From positions 2,719 to 66,718 of the forward strand of contig JBDRZP010000007.1 of assembly GCA_039804025.1 (NCBI GenBank): a DNA stretch of 64,000 bases, read 5' to 3'. Under the pieces are notes generated by a model. The model did not search any database. It was not told the origin of the DNA and saw only the letters and a program-made list of their open reading frames with translations. Source of the stretch: a candidate division WOR-3 bacterium (GTDB lineage: Bacteria; Hydrothermota; Hydrothermia; Hydrothermales; JAJRUZ01). A program made the position numbers and the translations under genes. Below, piece by piece: positions 35,013 to 44,862 of this stretch (position 1 is the first letter of the stretch; every line of letters begins with the position of its first letter).

Positions 35013-36693
35013 TTAAAGACTTATAAAAATTAATAAATAAAATTGAATTTAAATAAAGCATCACTAAGATCATAATAGCAATAAGAATTTTTTGATATAA
35101 ATTCATAACATGTGAAGAAACAAAAGGAATAACATAAAATAAATACCATAGAAAAGCAAGAGTTACAGTTAACCAGAGAAAAAGGGAGGGCACAAGAATT
35201 AATAATTTAAGAGTGCCTTTTATTTTTAAAATTTTTATAACCCAGAGAGAAATAGTCAAAAGAGCTACAGAAGCTAAAAGCTGGTTTGCTCCACCAAAGG
35301 ATGGCCATAATAAAGACCATGAACCCTGTATCGCAAGAAAAAACCCTAAAAGAACAGGTATAGAGGAAAGGAGATACTTATTTTGTAATTTAGCAAAGAA
35401 AGTTTTTTTAAGTGTTATAGGCTCCATAAGCTCCTTTAAAATATACCTTGCAATTCTACCACAAGTATCGAGTGTCGTAGTTGCAAAAGATGAAACCCAT
35501 AAAGATGCAAAAATAAGTATAATTTTTTCAGAAACAAAATTAAAAGAAGAATTAACAGCTTTTGCGTAACTTTTTGCAAATATTCCTATTGGACCACCAA
35601 TTTTAACAATTTCTGAAAGATAATCCTTACCAACATTTATTTCACCAATTAAATTTAAACCAAAAAGACCTATTACAAGAACAACAACAGTTGCAAGCAT
35701 TCCCTCTGTAAACATAGAACCCGCACCGACAAAGAGACCTGATGTTTCTTTATCCAGCTGTTTACTTGAAGTTCCTGAACAAACAAGACAGTGAAATCCT
35801 GATAAAGAACCACATGCAATAATTAAAGGAATTGTGGGCCAGAAAGGAGAATTTCTTCCCTCTATAGCAGGTGGTGAAAAACTTGTAAAAAATGGAAAAT
35901 TTATTGATTTGAAACTCAAAAAAACTGAAATCATACCTATAAATAAACCAATCCATAGAAACCAGGCATTTATATAATCTCTTGGCTGAAGCAAAACCCA
36001 TACAGGAAGTGAGGAAGCAAAAATAACATAAAGAGAAAGAAAAATTAACCACATTTTATAAGGTAAATTGAGTGGGAAAAGAAAGGAAATATAAAATAAA
36101 AAGGGCATTAAAAAAAGACCTACTATAGTAACAATAACATAATTGCCCCTTAAAATTCTCAAAAGATAACCCAAAAACACCGCAAGTATAGTAAATAAAA
36201 GAAAGGCAGTTGCAACCTCTGGCTGTTTTGTAAATAAATTTGAAATGATTGAAGAAAAAGCTGCAAGAACTAAAATAAGAACAAAAAGAACAAAAAAATT
36301 AAAGAGAATCTGGGTTCTTTCACCCATAAGTTTTCCAGCTATCCATTGAATTGATTTACCCTCATATCTTACACTTGCCATAAGGGAAAGATAATCATGA
36401 ACTTTACCAATAAAAACATTACCTATCCAAATCCATAAAAGAGGAAGACCATACCCCCATATCATAGCTATAGCAGGTCCTACAATAGGCCCAACACCTG
36501 CAATGGAAGCAAAGTGATGTCCAAAAAGAATAAGTTTAGGAGTAGGCACATAATCTACATCATCTCTCAGTTTGATAGCAGGAGTTTTGCTTTCTGGATC
36601 TGCTTTCACCACTTTCTTTTCGAGTATTTTCCCATAGGTAAAATAAAAAAATAGATAAATAAATCCACCGGTTAATAAAAGTAAAGTTGCCAT
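34996..36693 (-). CDS. cstA: carbon starvation protein A (peptide/pyruvate transporter family)
   Basis: LFGHHFASIAGVGPIVGPAIAMIWGYGLPLLWIWIGNVFIGKVHDY matches the CstA N-terminal signature. Confidence 0.85.
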   Translation of the reverse strand: MATLLLLTGGFIYLFFYFTYGKILEKKVVKADPESKTPAIKLRDDVDYVPTPKLILFGHHFASIAGVGPIVGPAIAMIWGYGLPLLWIWIGNVFIGKVHDYLSLMASVRYEGKSIQWIAGKLMGERTQILFNFFVLFVLILVLAAFSSIISNLFTKQPEVATAFLLFTILAVFLGYLLRILRGNYVIVTIVGLFLMPFLFYISFLFPLNLPYKMWLIFLSLYVIFASSLPVWVLLQPRDYINAWFLWIGLFIGMISVFLSFKSINFPFFTSFSPPAIEGRNSPFWPTIPLIIACGSLSGFHCLVCSGTSSKQLDKETSGLFVGAGSMFTEGMLATVVVLVIGLFGLNLIGEINVGKDYLSEIVKIGGPIGIFAKSYAKAVNSSFNFVSEKIILIFASLWVSSFATTTLDTCGRIARYILKELMEPITLKKTFFAKLQNKYLLSSIPVLLGFFLAIQGSWSLLWPSFGGANQLLASVALLTISLWVIKILKIKGTLKLLILVPSLFLWLTVTLAFLWYLFYVIPFVSSHVMNLYQKILIAIMILVMLYLNSILFINFYKSLNEKSF

Positions 36694-36724
36694 TTTGAAT
36701 TATAAAATCTTTTCTTTTACTGGT

Positions 36725-38119
36725 TCAAAAATAAATAAGATAAAAAACAAGAAAAACAGCAAGAAAAAAATAAGTTACAAGGTCAAGAGTTTTAAGGGAA
36801 GGAGCACCTATAAAATAAAATAAACCTAAAATAACAAAGGTTATAGTTAAAAGAATATAAAAAAATATATTTACAAATCCAAGAAAGGGAAGTAAAAATA
36901 TTCCAATTGTAAAAAAAAGATAACCCAATTCTTTTTTTCTTTTCATCAAAAAGTATCTTGAAGTTCCATAAAAAAGAAAAAAAAGAAAAACAAAGAGAAA
37001 AAGAGATTTATCTACAAAATTTAAAAAATCTTTACCTGAGGAAGATGTATAGCCAAAGAGAAAAAGACCAGCAGATTCAACTGATATCTCAAGGGGTCTT
37101 ATTTTAAGGGTTTTGATAAAAGTTCTATTTAAAACATAAATTGAAAAAAGAATAAAGATAATAAAAAAGTGATAAAATGATAATAAAAGGGAAAAAATAA
37201 GAGAAATTGATAATGTAAAAGGGACATAATCTAAATTTTTTCTAAAAAGAAATTTGCTTAAAGAATAAAATATCACAGGAGTTAAAATAAAAAGGGGAAT
37301 AAATTTATTAAAAGGAAAATCAAAAAATTTTCCATGTTCTTCAAAAATTATCTTATAAGATGTCCAGAAACCCATAAAGGGTAAAAACAAATTTAAAAAA
37401 AGAAAATCATAATTTATAAATTTTCTCAATATATTTTCCTTATACTCTCTGAAAATTAGAAAAAATAAAAATAGAAGAAAAACAAAAAGAACTCCATATA
37501 AAATTGAAATTTTCTGAAGTTCAAAAGGGAAAACACCACCTTTCCAGAAATCCCTGTTATTGCCAGAGATTAAAATAGGGAAAATTAAAAGAAATATATA
37601 AGAAAAAATATTCAAAATAGTTAAAAAAATTATTTTATAAAATTTTTTACTGAAAGAGACAATATATAGAAAAGTAATAAAGCCCATAATGATAATTTCT
37701 ATCTTAATACCTATGGGTATATGAATCAGATCCTTTAAAGAAAAACTTATATAAACAAAATCAGAGCTTTTTCTAAAAGAGAATAAAAAATTTATAAAGG
37801 GAGTAAAAACAACAAAAGAAAAAGAAGAGGTATAAAAAGATAAAATTTTTTTAAGTCTTCTGTTTATTAAAAATTTAGTAAAAAGTAAATAAATAATTAA
37901 AAGCGTAGAATAAAAAAATATAAAATAAATAACAAATATAAAAAAATGGTACAGATTCTTCAAAAAAAATTTATTTGTATCTAAAATAATAGAGAAAAAA
38001 ATCTTTATTAAGATGATAGTTAGAAAATAAAAAAGAGAATATTTATAATCAGGAAATAAATTTTCTAAAAATTTTATTTTTTCCTTTAACTGAAAGGTAA
38101 AAGGGAGATTTTTCCACAT
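36725..38119 (-). CDS. large polytopic membrane protein, F-rich, unknown function
   Basis: 464 aa with more than 10 hydrophobic segments; overlaps tdh end by 34 nt. Confidence 0.35.
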   Translation of the reverse strand: MWKNLPFTFQLKEKIKFLENLFPDYKYSLFYFLTIILIKIFFSIILDTNKFFLKNLYHFFIFVIYFIFFYSTLLIIYLLFTKFLINRRLKKILSFYTSSFSFVVFTPFINFLFSFRKSSDFVYISFSLKDLIHIPIGIKIEIIIMGFITFLYIVSFSKKFYKIIFLTILNIFSYIFLLIFPILISGNNRDFWKGGVFPFELQKISILYGVLFVFLLFLFFLIFREYKENILRKFINYDFLFLNLFLPFMGFWTSYKIIFEEHGKFFDFPFNKFIPLFILTPVIFYSLSKFLFRKNLDYVPFTLSISLIFSLLLSFYHFFIIFILFSIYVLNRTFIKTLKIRPLEISVESAGLFLFGYTSSSGKDFLNFVDKSLFLFVFLFFLFYGTSRYFLMKRKKELGYLFFTIGIFLLPFLGFVNIFFYILLTITFVILGLFYFIGAPSLKTLDLVTYFFLAVFLVFYLIYF

Positions 38120-39117
38120 TCACCCTCCTCCATCAATTTCATGGCTTTATCTATTTCTTCCATTTTTAAGGTATGGGTTATAACTTTTTTAAGGTCAAGA
38201 CCTGATTCAAGAAGTTTATCAATTTTATACCATGTAGAAAAAATACCTCTTCCAGTTATTCCGTAAATTCTTATATTTTTTAGAATTACTAAATTATTCA
38301 AATCTATATTTACTTTTCCTTCAAAAATTCCAAGAAAAGAAGCTCTTCCACAAGGTGAAAGACACTTTAGCCCCTCTTCAAGAGCTTTCTGGTTTCCTGA
38401 CATTTCTATGAGAACTTCAACACCTTCACCTTTTGTTTTTTCCATAATAATTTCATAAACATTTTCCTTTAAGGGATTTATAACATAATCAGCACCGAGT
38501 TCTTTTGCTTTTTTTATTCTGTATTCTTTTACCTCTGTGATAAATACAGGATAGGCACCTGAATGCTTTGCAACAAGTATAGCCATCATTCCCAGAGGCC
38601 CTGCACCAGTTATTAAAAGACTTTTACCTGAGACATCCTCTGCCAAAACTGTATCCACTGCATTACCAAAGGGTTCTTTCAAGGAAAGCACTTCTTCGGG
38701 CAAATTAATTTCATTTTTCCACAGATTAAAAGCAGGAACTTTAACATATTCAGCATAAGCACCATCTACATCTACTCCGAGAATCTTTGTGTTATAACAA
38801 ACCCTATAATTACCCTTTTTGCATGCAGGACAGTTATTACAAACAAAGTGAGATTCAACCGAAACTATATCCCCTATTTTAAAATTTTTTACATCCTTTC
38901 CCATTTCAACTATTTCACCTGCTACCTCATGACCTATAATTTTGGGAATTTCAAATTTTTTACTTATCCATTCATCCCATCTATATATATGTAAATCTGT
39001 TCCACATATGGAGCATCTTTTTACTTTTAATATAACCTCATCTCTTCCAGGAACAGGTTCTTTAACATCTTTTATCTCAAAACCTCTTCCTTCTTTAGTT
39101 TTAATAATGGCTTTCAT
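38086..39117 (-). CDS. tdh: L-threonine 3-dehydrogenase (zinc-dependent MDR family)
   Basis: CSICGTDLHIYRWDEW...GHEVAGEIVEMG plus GAGPLGMMAI Rossmann; close to E. coli Tdh layout. Confidence 0.85.
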   Translation of the reverse strand: MKAIIKTKEGRGFEIKDVKEPVPGRDEVILKVKRCSICGTDLHIYRWDEWISKKFEIPKIIGHEVAGEIVEMGKDVKNFKIGDIVSVESHFVCNNCPACKKGNYRVCYNTKILGVDVDGAYAEYVKVPAFNLWKNEINLPEEVLSLKEPFGNAVDTVLAEDVSGKSLLITGAGPLGMMAILVAKHSGAYPVFITEVKEYRIKKAKELGADYVINPLKENVYEIIMEKTKGEGVEVLIEMSGNQKALEEGLKCLSPCGRASFLGIFEGKVNIDLNNLVILKNIRIYGITGRGIFSTWYKIDKLLESGLDLKKVITHTLKMEEIDKAMKLMEEGECGKISLLPFS

Positions 39118-39164
39118 TTTTTCCCTCCTTAAGTTAAATTTATTTTTAAAAATTTAAGCAAAAA

Positions 39165-40583
39165 TTAAGGAGCAACACTTGTTACAGCCCAGTTTGAAAA
39201 ATCAACTAATATTTTCGGAAAAACTCCAAAAAATAAAATACCTGCAATACATATTATCATTGAAAGTTTAAGATTAAATGGCATATTCGTTTTAAATTCT
39301 ATATCCGAATCTTCAATATAAAGTTTTTTTGCAACCATAAGATAGTAATAAAGAGCTACAATTGTGAGTATTGCTCCCCATAAAGCAAGATACCATAGTC
39401 CAGCATGAACACCAGCAAGAAACACATAAAGTTTTGCCCAGAAACCTGCAACTGGTGGAATTCCACCAAGAGATAGAAGTATTATAAGCATTGAAAGGGA
39501 TAGTATAGGGGCTTTTTGGGAAAGACCTTTAAGATTCTCAATTTCAGTTTTATTAATTGTATTTCTAACAGTTTCAACAAAAAGAAAAGCTCCCATATTG
39601 GAAAAGAGATAGGTAAACAAATAAAAAATTACCATACCAAGTCCTTCTTTTGTTCCACTGGCTACTCCCACAAGTATATATCCTATATGGGCAATACTTG
39701 AATAGGCAAGCAACCTTTTAAGATTTTTTTGTGGAAGAGCAAGAAGGTTTCCAATAAACATTGAGAAAAAGGAAAGAAGGATGATTAAAAGTAAAATATC
39801 ACTTCTATCTGAAGGTAAAACTTCAAAAATAATTCTGAAAATAGCAGCAAAGCCAGCTGCTTTTGGGGCAACTGCTAAAAAGGCAACATAAGGTTCAGGA
39901 GCTCCATGGTATGTATCTGGAAGCCAGGAGTGGAAAGGGAAACTTGCTATTTTAAAACCCAAACCTGCAATTAAGAAAACTATTCCAGCAGCAAAAAGTG
40001 GCGTAAAATCGCTTAAAAAGGATTTAATTTTTATAAATTCAAGAAAACCTGAAGCTCCATAGATAAAGGAGATCCCAAAAAACATTATTGCAGCAGAAAA
40101 AGCACCTACAAGAAAAAACTTAAGACCAACCTCTGGTGCCAATTCATCATATTTCCTTATAGCAGATAAAACATAAAGGGGAATACTCATCAATTCAAAA
40201 GCAACAAAAAATAAAAGAAAGTTTTTGGAAGAAACTAAGATACTCATTCCAAGAACTGAAGTTAAAATAAGTAAATAATACTCAGCCTTCCTTTTTGGAA
40301 GTTCATTTTCAACATAATGAATGCTTCCGAGGATTCCAATAAATGCAGCAGAAAAGAACAAAAGCTTAAAAGCATAGGAGAATTCATCAAAATAAAAATC
40401 TCCATAATAATTTCCAACAAAATTTTTAAAGAAAATAAACAGCAAGAGTCCGAAAAGAAGTAAAATAGAATTTAAGTAACCTATTATTTTACCTTTTCCC
40501 TTTTCAGGAATAATAAAATCTAAAACAAAAGTTAAAACCATCAGAAAAATAATATAAAATTCAATTAAAGCTACTTTTAACAT
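39165..40583 (-). CDS. nuoN: NADH-quinone oxidoreductase subunit N (antiporter-like)
   Basis: 472 aa, 14 TM, NuoN/ND2 family pattern; immediately follows nuoM. Confidence 0.8.
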   Translation of the reverse strand: MLKVALIEFYIIFLMVLTFVLDFIIPEKGKGKIIGYLNSILLLFGLLLFIFFKNFVGNYYGDFYFDEFSYAFKLLFFSAAFIGILGSIHYVENELPKRKAEYYLLILTSVLGMSILVSSKNFLLFFVAFELMSIPLYVLSAIRKYDELAPEVGLKFFLVGAFSAAIMFFGISFIYGASGFLEFIKIKSFLSDFTPLFAAGIVFLIAGLGFKIASFPFHSWLPDTYHGAPEPYVAFLAVAPKAAGFAAIFRIIFEVLPSDRSDILLLIILLSFFSMFIGNLLALPQKNLKRLLAYSSIAHIGYILVGVASGTKEGLGMVIFYLFTYLFSNMGAFLFVETVRNTINKTEIENLKGLSQKAPILSLSMLIILLSLGGIPPVAGFWAKLYVFLAGVHAGLWYLALWGAILTIVALYYYLMVAKKLYIEDSDIEFKTNMPFNLKLSMIICIAGILFFGVFPKILVDFSNWAVTSVAP

Positions 40584-40584
40584 T

Positions 40585-42144
40585 TTACCCTCCTATGTTA
40601 AATTTTGATAAAAATTCAATAACACTTGCATCAATAAACTTAACAAGGAGGAAAGGAAACATTCCAAAAATTATAAGTGTAAAGGAAAGTATATAGAGGC
40701 TTACCCACTCAGGTCCCTTTGCATCAGAAAGATCATGCCATGCTTTTTCATCAAAGGGACCATAAAAGACAATTTTTAAAAATCTTAAAACATACACAGC
40801 AGTTATAAATGTCCCTGTTATTGCTGCCAAAAACCAGGGAAAGTGTCCTGATTTTACAGCTCCTATAAAAACAAGAACTTCGGCAACAAATCCTGAAAGT
40901 CCTGGTAAACCCAGAGATGTTAATCCTGCAATTGTAAAAGCAGTTGCAATTCCCGGCATTTTTTTACCAAATCCACCCATTTTTAATATATCTCTTGTAT
41001 GAGATTTCTCATATACAAGCCCAACAAGAGCAAATAAAAGACCTGTCATTATACCATGGGAAAACATTTGAAAAACAGCACCATTTACTCCCCATTCATG
41101 AAGAGTTGCAAGACCCAGCATAACATACCCCATATGTGAAACTGAGGAATAAGCTACAATGTATTTTAAATCAAATTGATTCATAGCTGAAAGAGCACCG
41201 TAAACAATATTTATACATGCAATTAATCCTACAAGAAAGGAAAAATCAGAAGCACCCTGAGGGAAAAGTCCCCATCCCCATCTCATTGCACCATAAGCTC
41301 CCAATTTCATCAAAACTCCTGCATGAAGCATTGAAACAGCAGTTGGGGCAGCAGCATGTCCATCAGGAGACCAGGTATGAAGTGGAAAAACACCAGCAAG
41401 AACACCAAAACCAACATAAAAAGTTAAAAATAGAATTCTCTGTAATTCTAAAGGATAATATTTTGTGCTTAATTCTGTATAAGAAAATGTATTTCCACCC
41501 TGAAAATAAAGCACAAGCATTCCAACCAAAATAAAAGCAGAACCAAGAAGCAAGTATAGGGTAAGCTTTGCTGCTGCATATTCCTTTGTTCCAAGTGTAA
41601 CATTTCTCATCGCCGTATCAATAGGTCTCATTATATACTGGATTAAGTTATTGGGTGGAATTTTTGGTTTTAAATCTGCACCTGATCCCCATATTCCTAT
41701 TAAAAGATACATTGGAAGAACTGCAATTTCATAAAAAAGAAAGAATATAAAGAAATCAAGGGATGCAAATACTCCAAAAACTCCTGTTACAAGAACAAAA
41801 AGGAGAATGTAAAATTCCTGGGATCTAAAAGGGATTGTCCAGGAAGCAAAAGTTCCAGTGAATATTATTAAGCCTGTTAAAAGTAATAGAGAAAGAGAAA
41901 TTCCATCTGCACCAAGATAATAAGAAATTCCAAGGGTTTTAACAAGAGGAATGTGTTCAATAAACTGGAATCCCCCTTTTTTAAAATCATATAAAAAAAA
42001 CAAAAGTATAGAGAAAAATAGGGAGATTCCTGAAAAAATACTTGCTGTAATTCTTACGAGGAGGGGTTTCCTCCTCATAAATAGCATTAAAAATGCTCCT
42101 ACAAATGGTGAAAAAACAATTATTGATAAAAATGGGAATTTCAT
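40585..42144 (-). CDS. nuoM: NADH-quinone oxidoreductase subunit M (antiporter-like)
   Basis: 519 aa, LGADGISLSLLLLTGLI and HAAAPTAVSMLHAGVLMKLGAYG blocks of NuoM/ND4/MnhD family. Confidence 0.8.
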   Translation of the reverse strand: MKFPFLSIIVFSPFVGAFLMLFMRRKPLLVRITASIFSGISLFFSILLFFLYDFKKGGFQFIEHIPLVKTLGISYYLGADGISLSLLLLTGLIIFTGTFASWTIPFRSQEFYILLFVLVTGVFGVFASLDFFIFFLFYEIAVLPMYLLIGIWGSGADLKPKIPPNNLIQYIMRPIDTAMRNVTLGTKEYAAAKLTLYLLLGSAFILVGMLVLYFQGGNTFSYTELSTKYYPLELQRILFLTFYVGFGVLAGVFPLHTWSPDGHAAAPTAVSMLHAGVLMKLGAYGAMRWGWGLFPQGASDFSFLVGLIACINIVYGALSAMNQFDLKYIVAYSSVSHMGYVMLGLATLHEWGVNGAVFQMFSHGIMTGLLFALVGLVYEKSHTRDILKMGGFGKKMPGIATAFTIAGLTSLGLPGLSGFVAEVLVFIGAVKSGHFPWFLAAITGTFITAVYVLRFLKIVFYGPFDEKAWHDLSDAKGPEWVSLYILSFTLIIFGMFPFLLVKFIDASVIEFLSKFNIGG

Positions 42145-42167
42145 TATTTTTTATAAATTTAAATGTT

Positions 42168-42180
42168 GGATTTGAACCCC
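42168..42180 (-). promoter_or_regulatory. upstream stem-loop motif (minus-strand GGGGTTCAAATCC), 23 nt upstream of the nuoM start
   Basis: read directly. Confidence 0.45.
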
Positions 42181-42255
42181 TTTAATTATAAAATAATTTT
42201 TTTTTAAAATCAAAAAAAATTTGTATGAAAAATTGAGAGTTTAATAAAATTAAAA

Positions 42256-43848
42256 ATGAACAGAAAACTATACTTTAAATTATTTATTATCCACTTTCTA
42301 ACAAATTTCTTATTCCTGTTGAACTATGATGGTGTTTACTGGGATGATTACGCATTATACAACCAGAACTTTAAAACAATTTATGAAATGTTTAAAGATC
42401 ATTCCGGTTACCTATCACTATATTTTTCTTATTTACATTTTATACTTTTAAAAGCCGGAATTTTTATTTATCGGATTTTAGTTTTCCTTTTATATTTCTT
42501 TAATACAATTTTTTTATATGAAATTCTAAAAAAATTAAACTTTCTTTCTGAAAATGAAAAACTCTCAATAACACTTTTATTTATGCTTTCACCCCTTTGT
42601 TTTGCAAAAATTTCCCTGATGCATTTTACATATGTCTTTAATTTACCAATCTTTTATTTTGCCTTTTTCCTTTTAAGCATTTATATCGAGAGTCCCTCCT
42701 TTCTAAAACGAATTATAATACTAATACTCTTTTTCATATCATTTACAACTAACTCATTGCTTGTTTTTTATCTTCTTCCAATAGCTTATTTATTCTATTT
42801 AAATTATAACTCTAAAACTTCCTTCACTTTTAACTTCTTGAAATTCTTAAAAAATAATATTGATTTTTTAATTTTACCATTAATATATTGGTTTCTTAGA
42901 TTAACTTATTTCAAACCGAGTGGTTTATATGAAGGTTATAATGCAATAAATATTAATTTAAGAACTCCCTTTTATATTCTTATTTCTCTTTTTACAAATT
43001 TAATTGAACCTCTTGACTTATCTTTTAGTCACTCTTTTTCCCTATGGTATATTACTATTTTCCTGATTTTAATTTTTTATTTTTTATTTGATGAACAATT
43101 TGAAAAATCAGAAAATAATGAAGATAAGTTATTAAATTTAAAATTTTTGATGGGCATCATAATTTTTTTAATTAGTGTTTTACCTTATATATTAGTCCAG
43201 AAAATTCCCTCTCTATGGGACTGGGATTCAAGACATCAGCTATTACTTCCGCTTGGATTCAGTTTTATAGTTTATTTCGGCTCAAAAATTCTTTTAACTA
43301 AATTCCTAAAATTGAAATTTAATAATTTTATTTTATATTTCTTTTTATCATCTTTCTTAATTGAAAATTTAATAGCAAATTTCAAATACCATATTGACTT
43401 TTTTTACCAGCTAAGTATTATAGAAAATATGAAAAAAAACGAATCAATAAAAAATAATTACACTTTTGTTGTTAAAACAGAACTAAAGGACAAATTAGCC
43501 TTTAACAGATGGTTCAGATCTTACGAATTAAACGGGATGTCAAAAATTGCTTTTGGTATTGACAACAAATTATTTATTCCTGAGAATATAGATTTAAATT
43601 CAGATTTTAACTTTTATAAACCTTACAAACAGTATAATTTCTCAAACTGGGATCCAGGTTCCTTTCAAAATAAGAAATATATCGTGATAAAGGAAAACCC
43701 TGATACTCCCTTTTTTAATTTTGATAAAAAATTCTTTATACTCTTTCCTTATTTAAAATACTATTTAAAACTTAACTTTTATAAAATATTTAAACCCACT
43801 TATTTCAAAAGAGAAATATCAAAACTTGTAATAATAGAGGCTTTATAG
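42256..43848 (+). CDS. polytopic membrane protein (N-terminal ~11 TM + C-terminal soluble region), possibly a GT39/ArnT-like glycosyltransferase
   Basis: architecture only; no catalytic motif confirmed. Confidence 0.35.
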   Translation: MNRKLYFKLFIIHFLTNFLFLLNYDGVYWDDYALYNQNFKTIYEMFKDHSGYLSLYFSYLHFILLKAGIFIYRILVFLLYFFNTIFLYEILKKLNFLSENEKLSITLLFMLSPLCFAKISLMHFTYVFNLPIFYFAFFLLSIYIESPSFLKRIIILILFFISFTTNSLLVFYLLPIAYLFYLNYNSKTSFTFNFLKFLKNNIDFLILPLIYWFLRLTYFKPSGLYEGYNAININLRTPFYILISLFTNLIEPLDLSFSHSFSLWYITIFLILIFYFLFDEQFEKSENNEDKLLNLKFLMGIIIFLISVLPYILVQKIPSLWDWDSRHQLLLPLGFSFIVYFGSKILLTKFLKLKFNNFILYFFLSSFLIENLIANFKYHIDFFYQLSIIENMKKNESIKNNYTFVVKTELKDKLAFNRWFRSYELNGMSKIAFGIDNKLFIPENIDLNSDFNFYKPYKQYNFSNWDPGSFQNKKYIVIKENPDTPFFNFDKKFFILFPYLKYYLKLNFYKIFKPTYFKREISKLVIIEAL

Positions 43849-43871
43849 AAAAAGGATACTCTATGAATTCT

Positions 43872-44327
43872 TTAAACTTTTTTTATTATTTTATATATAT
43901 TTCCGAGACAACAGGAACCTTGCGGGTTTCTTAAATCGCAAGCACACTGTTTTAGCTTTATTCCTGTATTTATATCCTCAATAATTTCTTTTTCTCTCTT
44001 TTCCTTTACCATAGAAAGAATTTCACCGAGAGTATGATTAAAACAGTAACAAACAGGAACAAAAGGGTTTTCTGGCTCTTTTTGATAAACAGGGACTTTT
44101 ACATCTTCGGTTTTAAATACATCATCAGAAGAATTATAATAAACGATAGGACAATTTTCAGTTTCACAGAAAAAATAAGATTCTGAAGGAAATATTCTTC
44201 TCAAAGAGACTTTCAAAAGGGACTTTAAAGTTTTTAGATTCACCTTTTTACCAGGTTTTCCACAGAAAGGACAATTAGTATTTTCTTTTATTATGTCACC
44301 TTTCTCACATTGAATGCACTTATCCAT
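43872..44327 (-). CDS. Cys-rich putative metal-binding protein with N-terminal zinc-ribbon (CxxC...CxxC)
   Basis: CIQC...CPFC, CETENC, CYC, CAC, CC clusters in 151 aa. Confidence 0.4.
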   Translation of the reverse strand: MDKCIQCEKGDIIKENTNCPFCGKPGKKVNLKTLKSLLKVSLRRIFPSESYFFCETENCPIVYYNSSDDVFKTEDVKVPVYQKEPENPFVPVCYCFNHTLGEILSMVKEKREKEIIEDINTGIKLKQCACDLRNPQGSCCLGNIYKIIKKV

Positions 44328-44447
44328 TTTTAAATTATATTGAATAAGGATAAATAATTTAAAATTATTTTATGATACCGAAAGAATTTAAATTGACATG
44401 TTATAATTTGGAAGAAATAGAGAAAAAACACGATGAGATAGTAAAAA

Positions 44448-44752
44448 TTCGCAGGCTAAAGCCTGCACCTACCATTTTTTTGAAAATCTTTAACATTTAT
44501 TCCCATATTATATAATTTTAGGGTAGCCGCACCCTTCAGGGTGCGTTAAATTAATTCTCTGGTTGTATTTCGCAGGCTAAAGCCTGCGCCTACATTTTTT
44601 TGAATTTTTTTAACATTTATAACCCTAATTTTATTATAAAATCTTGAGATTTATTCTGAAGGCTAAAGCCTGCTCCTACCATTTTTTGAAAATCTTTAAC
44701 ATTTATTCCCATATTCTATAATTTTATGGTAGCCGCACCCTTTAGGGTGCGC
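44448..44752 (+). repeat. three tandem copies (one partial) of a ~100-nt structured intergenic element: hairpin GCAGGCTAAAGCCTGC, CCTACC...GGTAGC long-range pair around an AT-rich body, hairpin CGCACCCTTTAGGGTGCG
   Basis: copies at about 44448-44545, 44569-44657 (lacks hairpin 2), 44659-44752; inverted partial copy at 28566-28648. Confidence 0.8.
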
Positions 44753-44862
44753 AAAAATTCGTTAAGATTAAAATATGAAAAAAAGTGTAAAAAATAATTA
44801 TAGAGAAGAAAAATTAAGGGAGATTGCTATAAAATTTTTTGACATAATTTGAATTATAAATT

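Noticed and set aside
44448-44752. Possible CRISPR array (regularly spaced hairpin-forming repeats)
   Set aside because: The sequences between the hairpins are homologous to each other rather than unique spacers, the units are about 100 nt, and no cas genes are in the window. This fits a MITE/REP-like element better.
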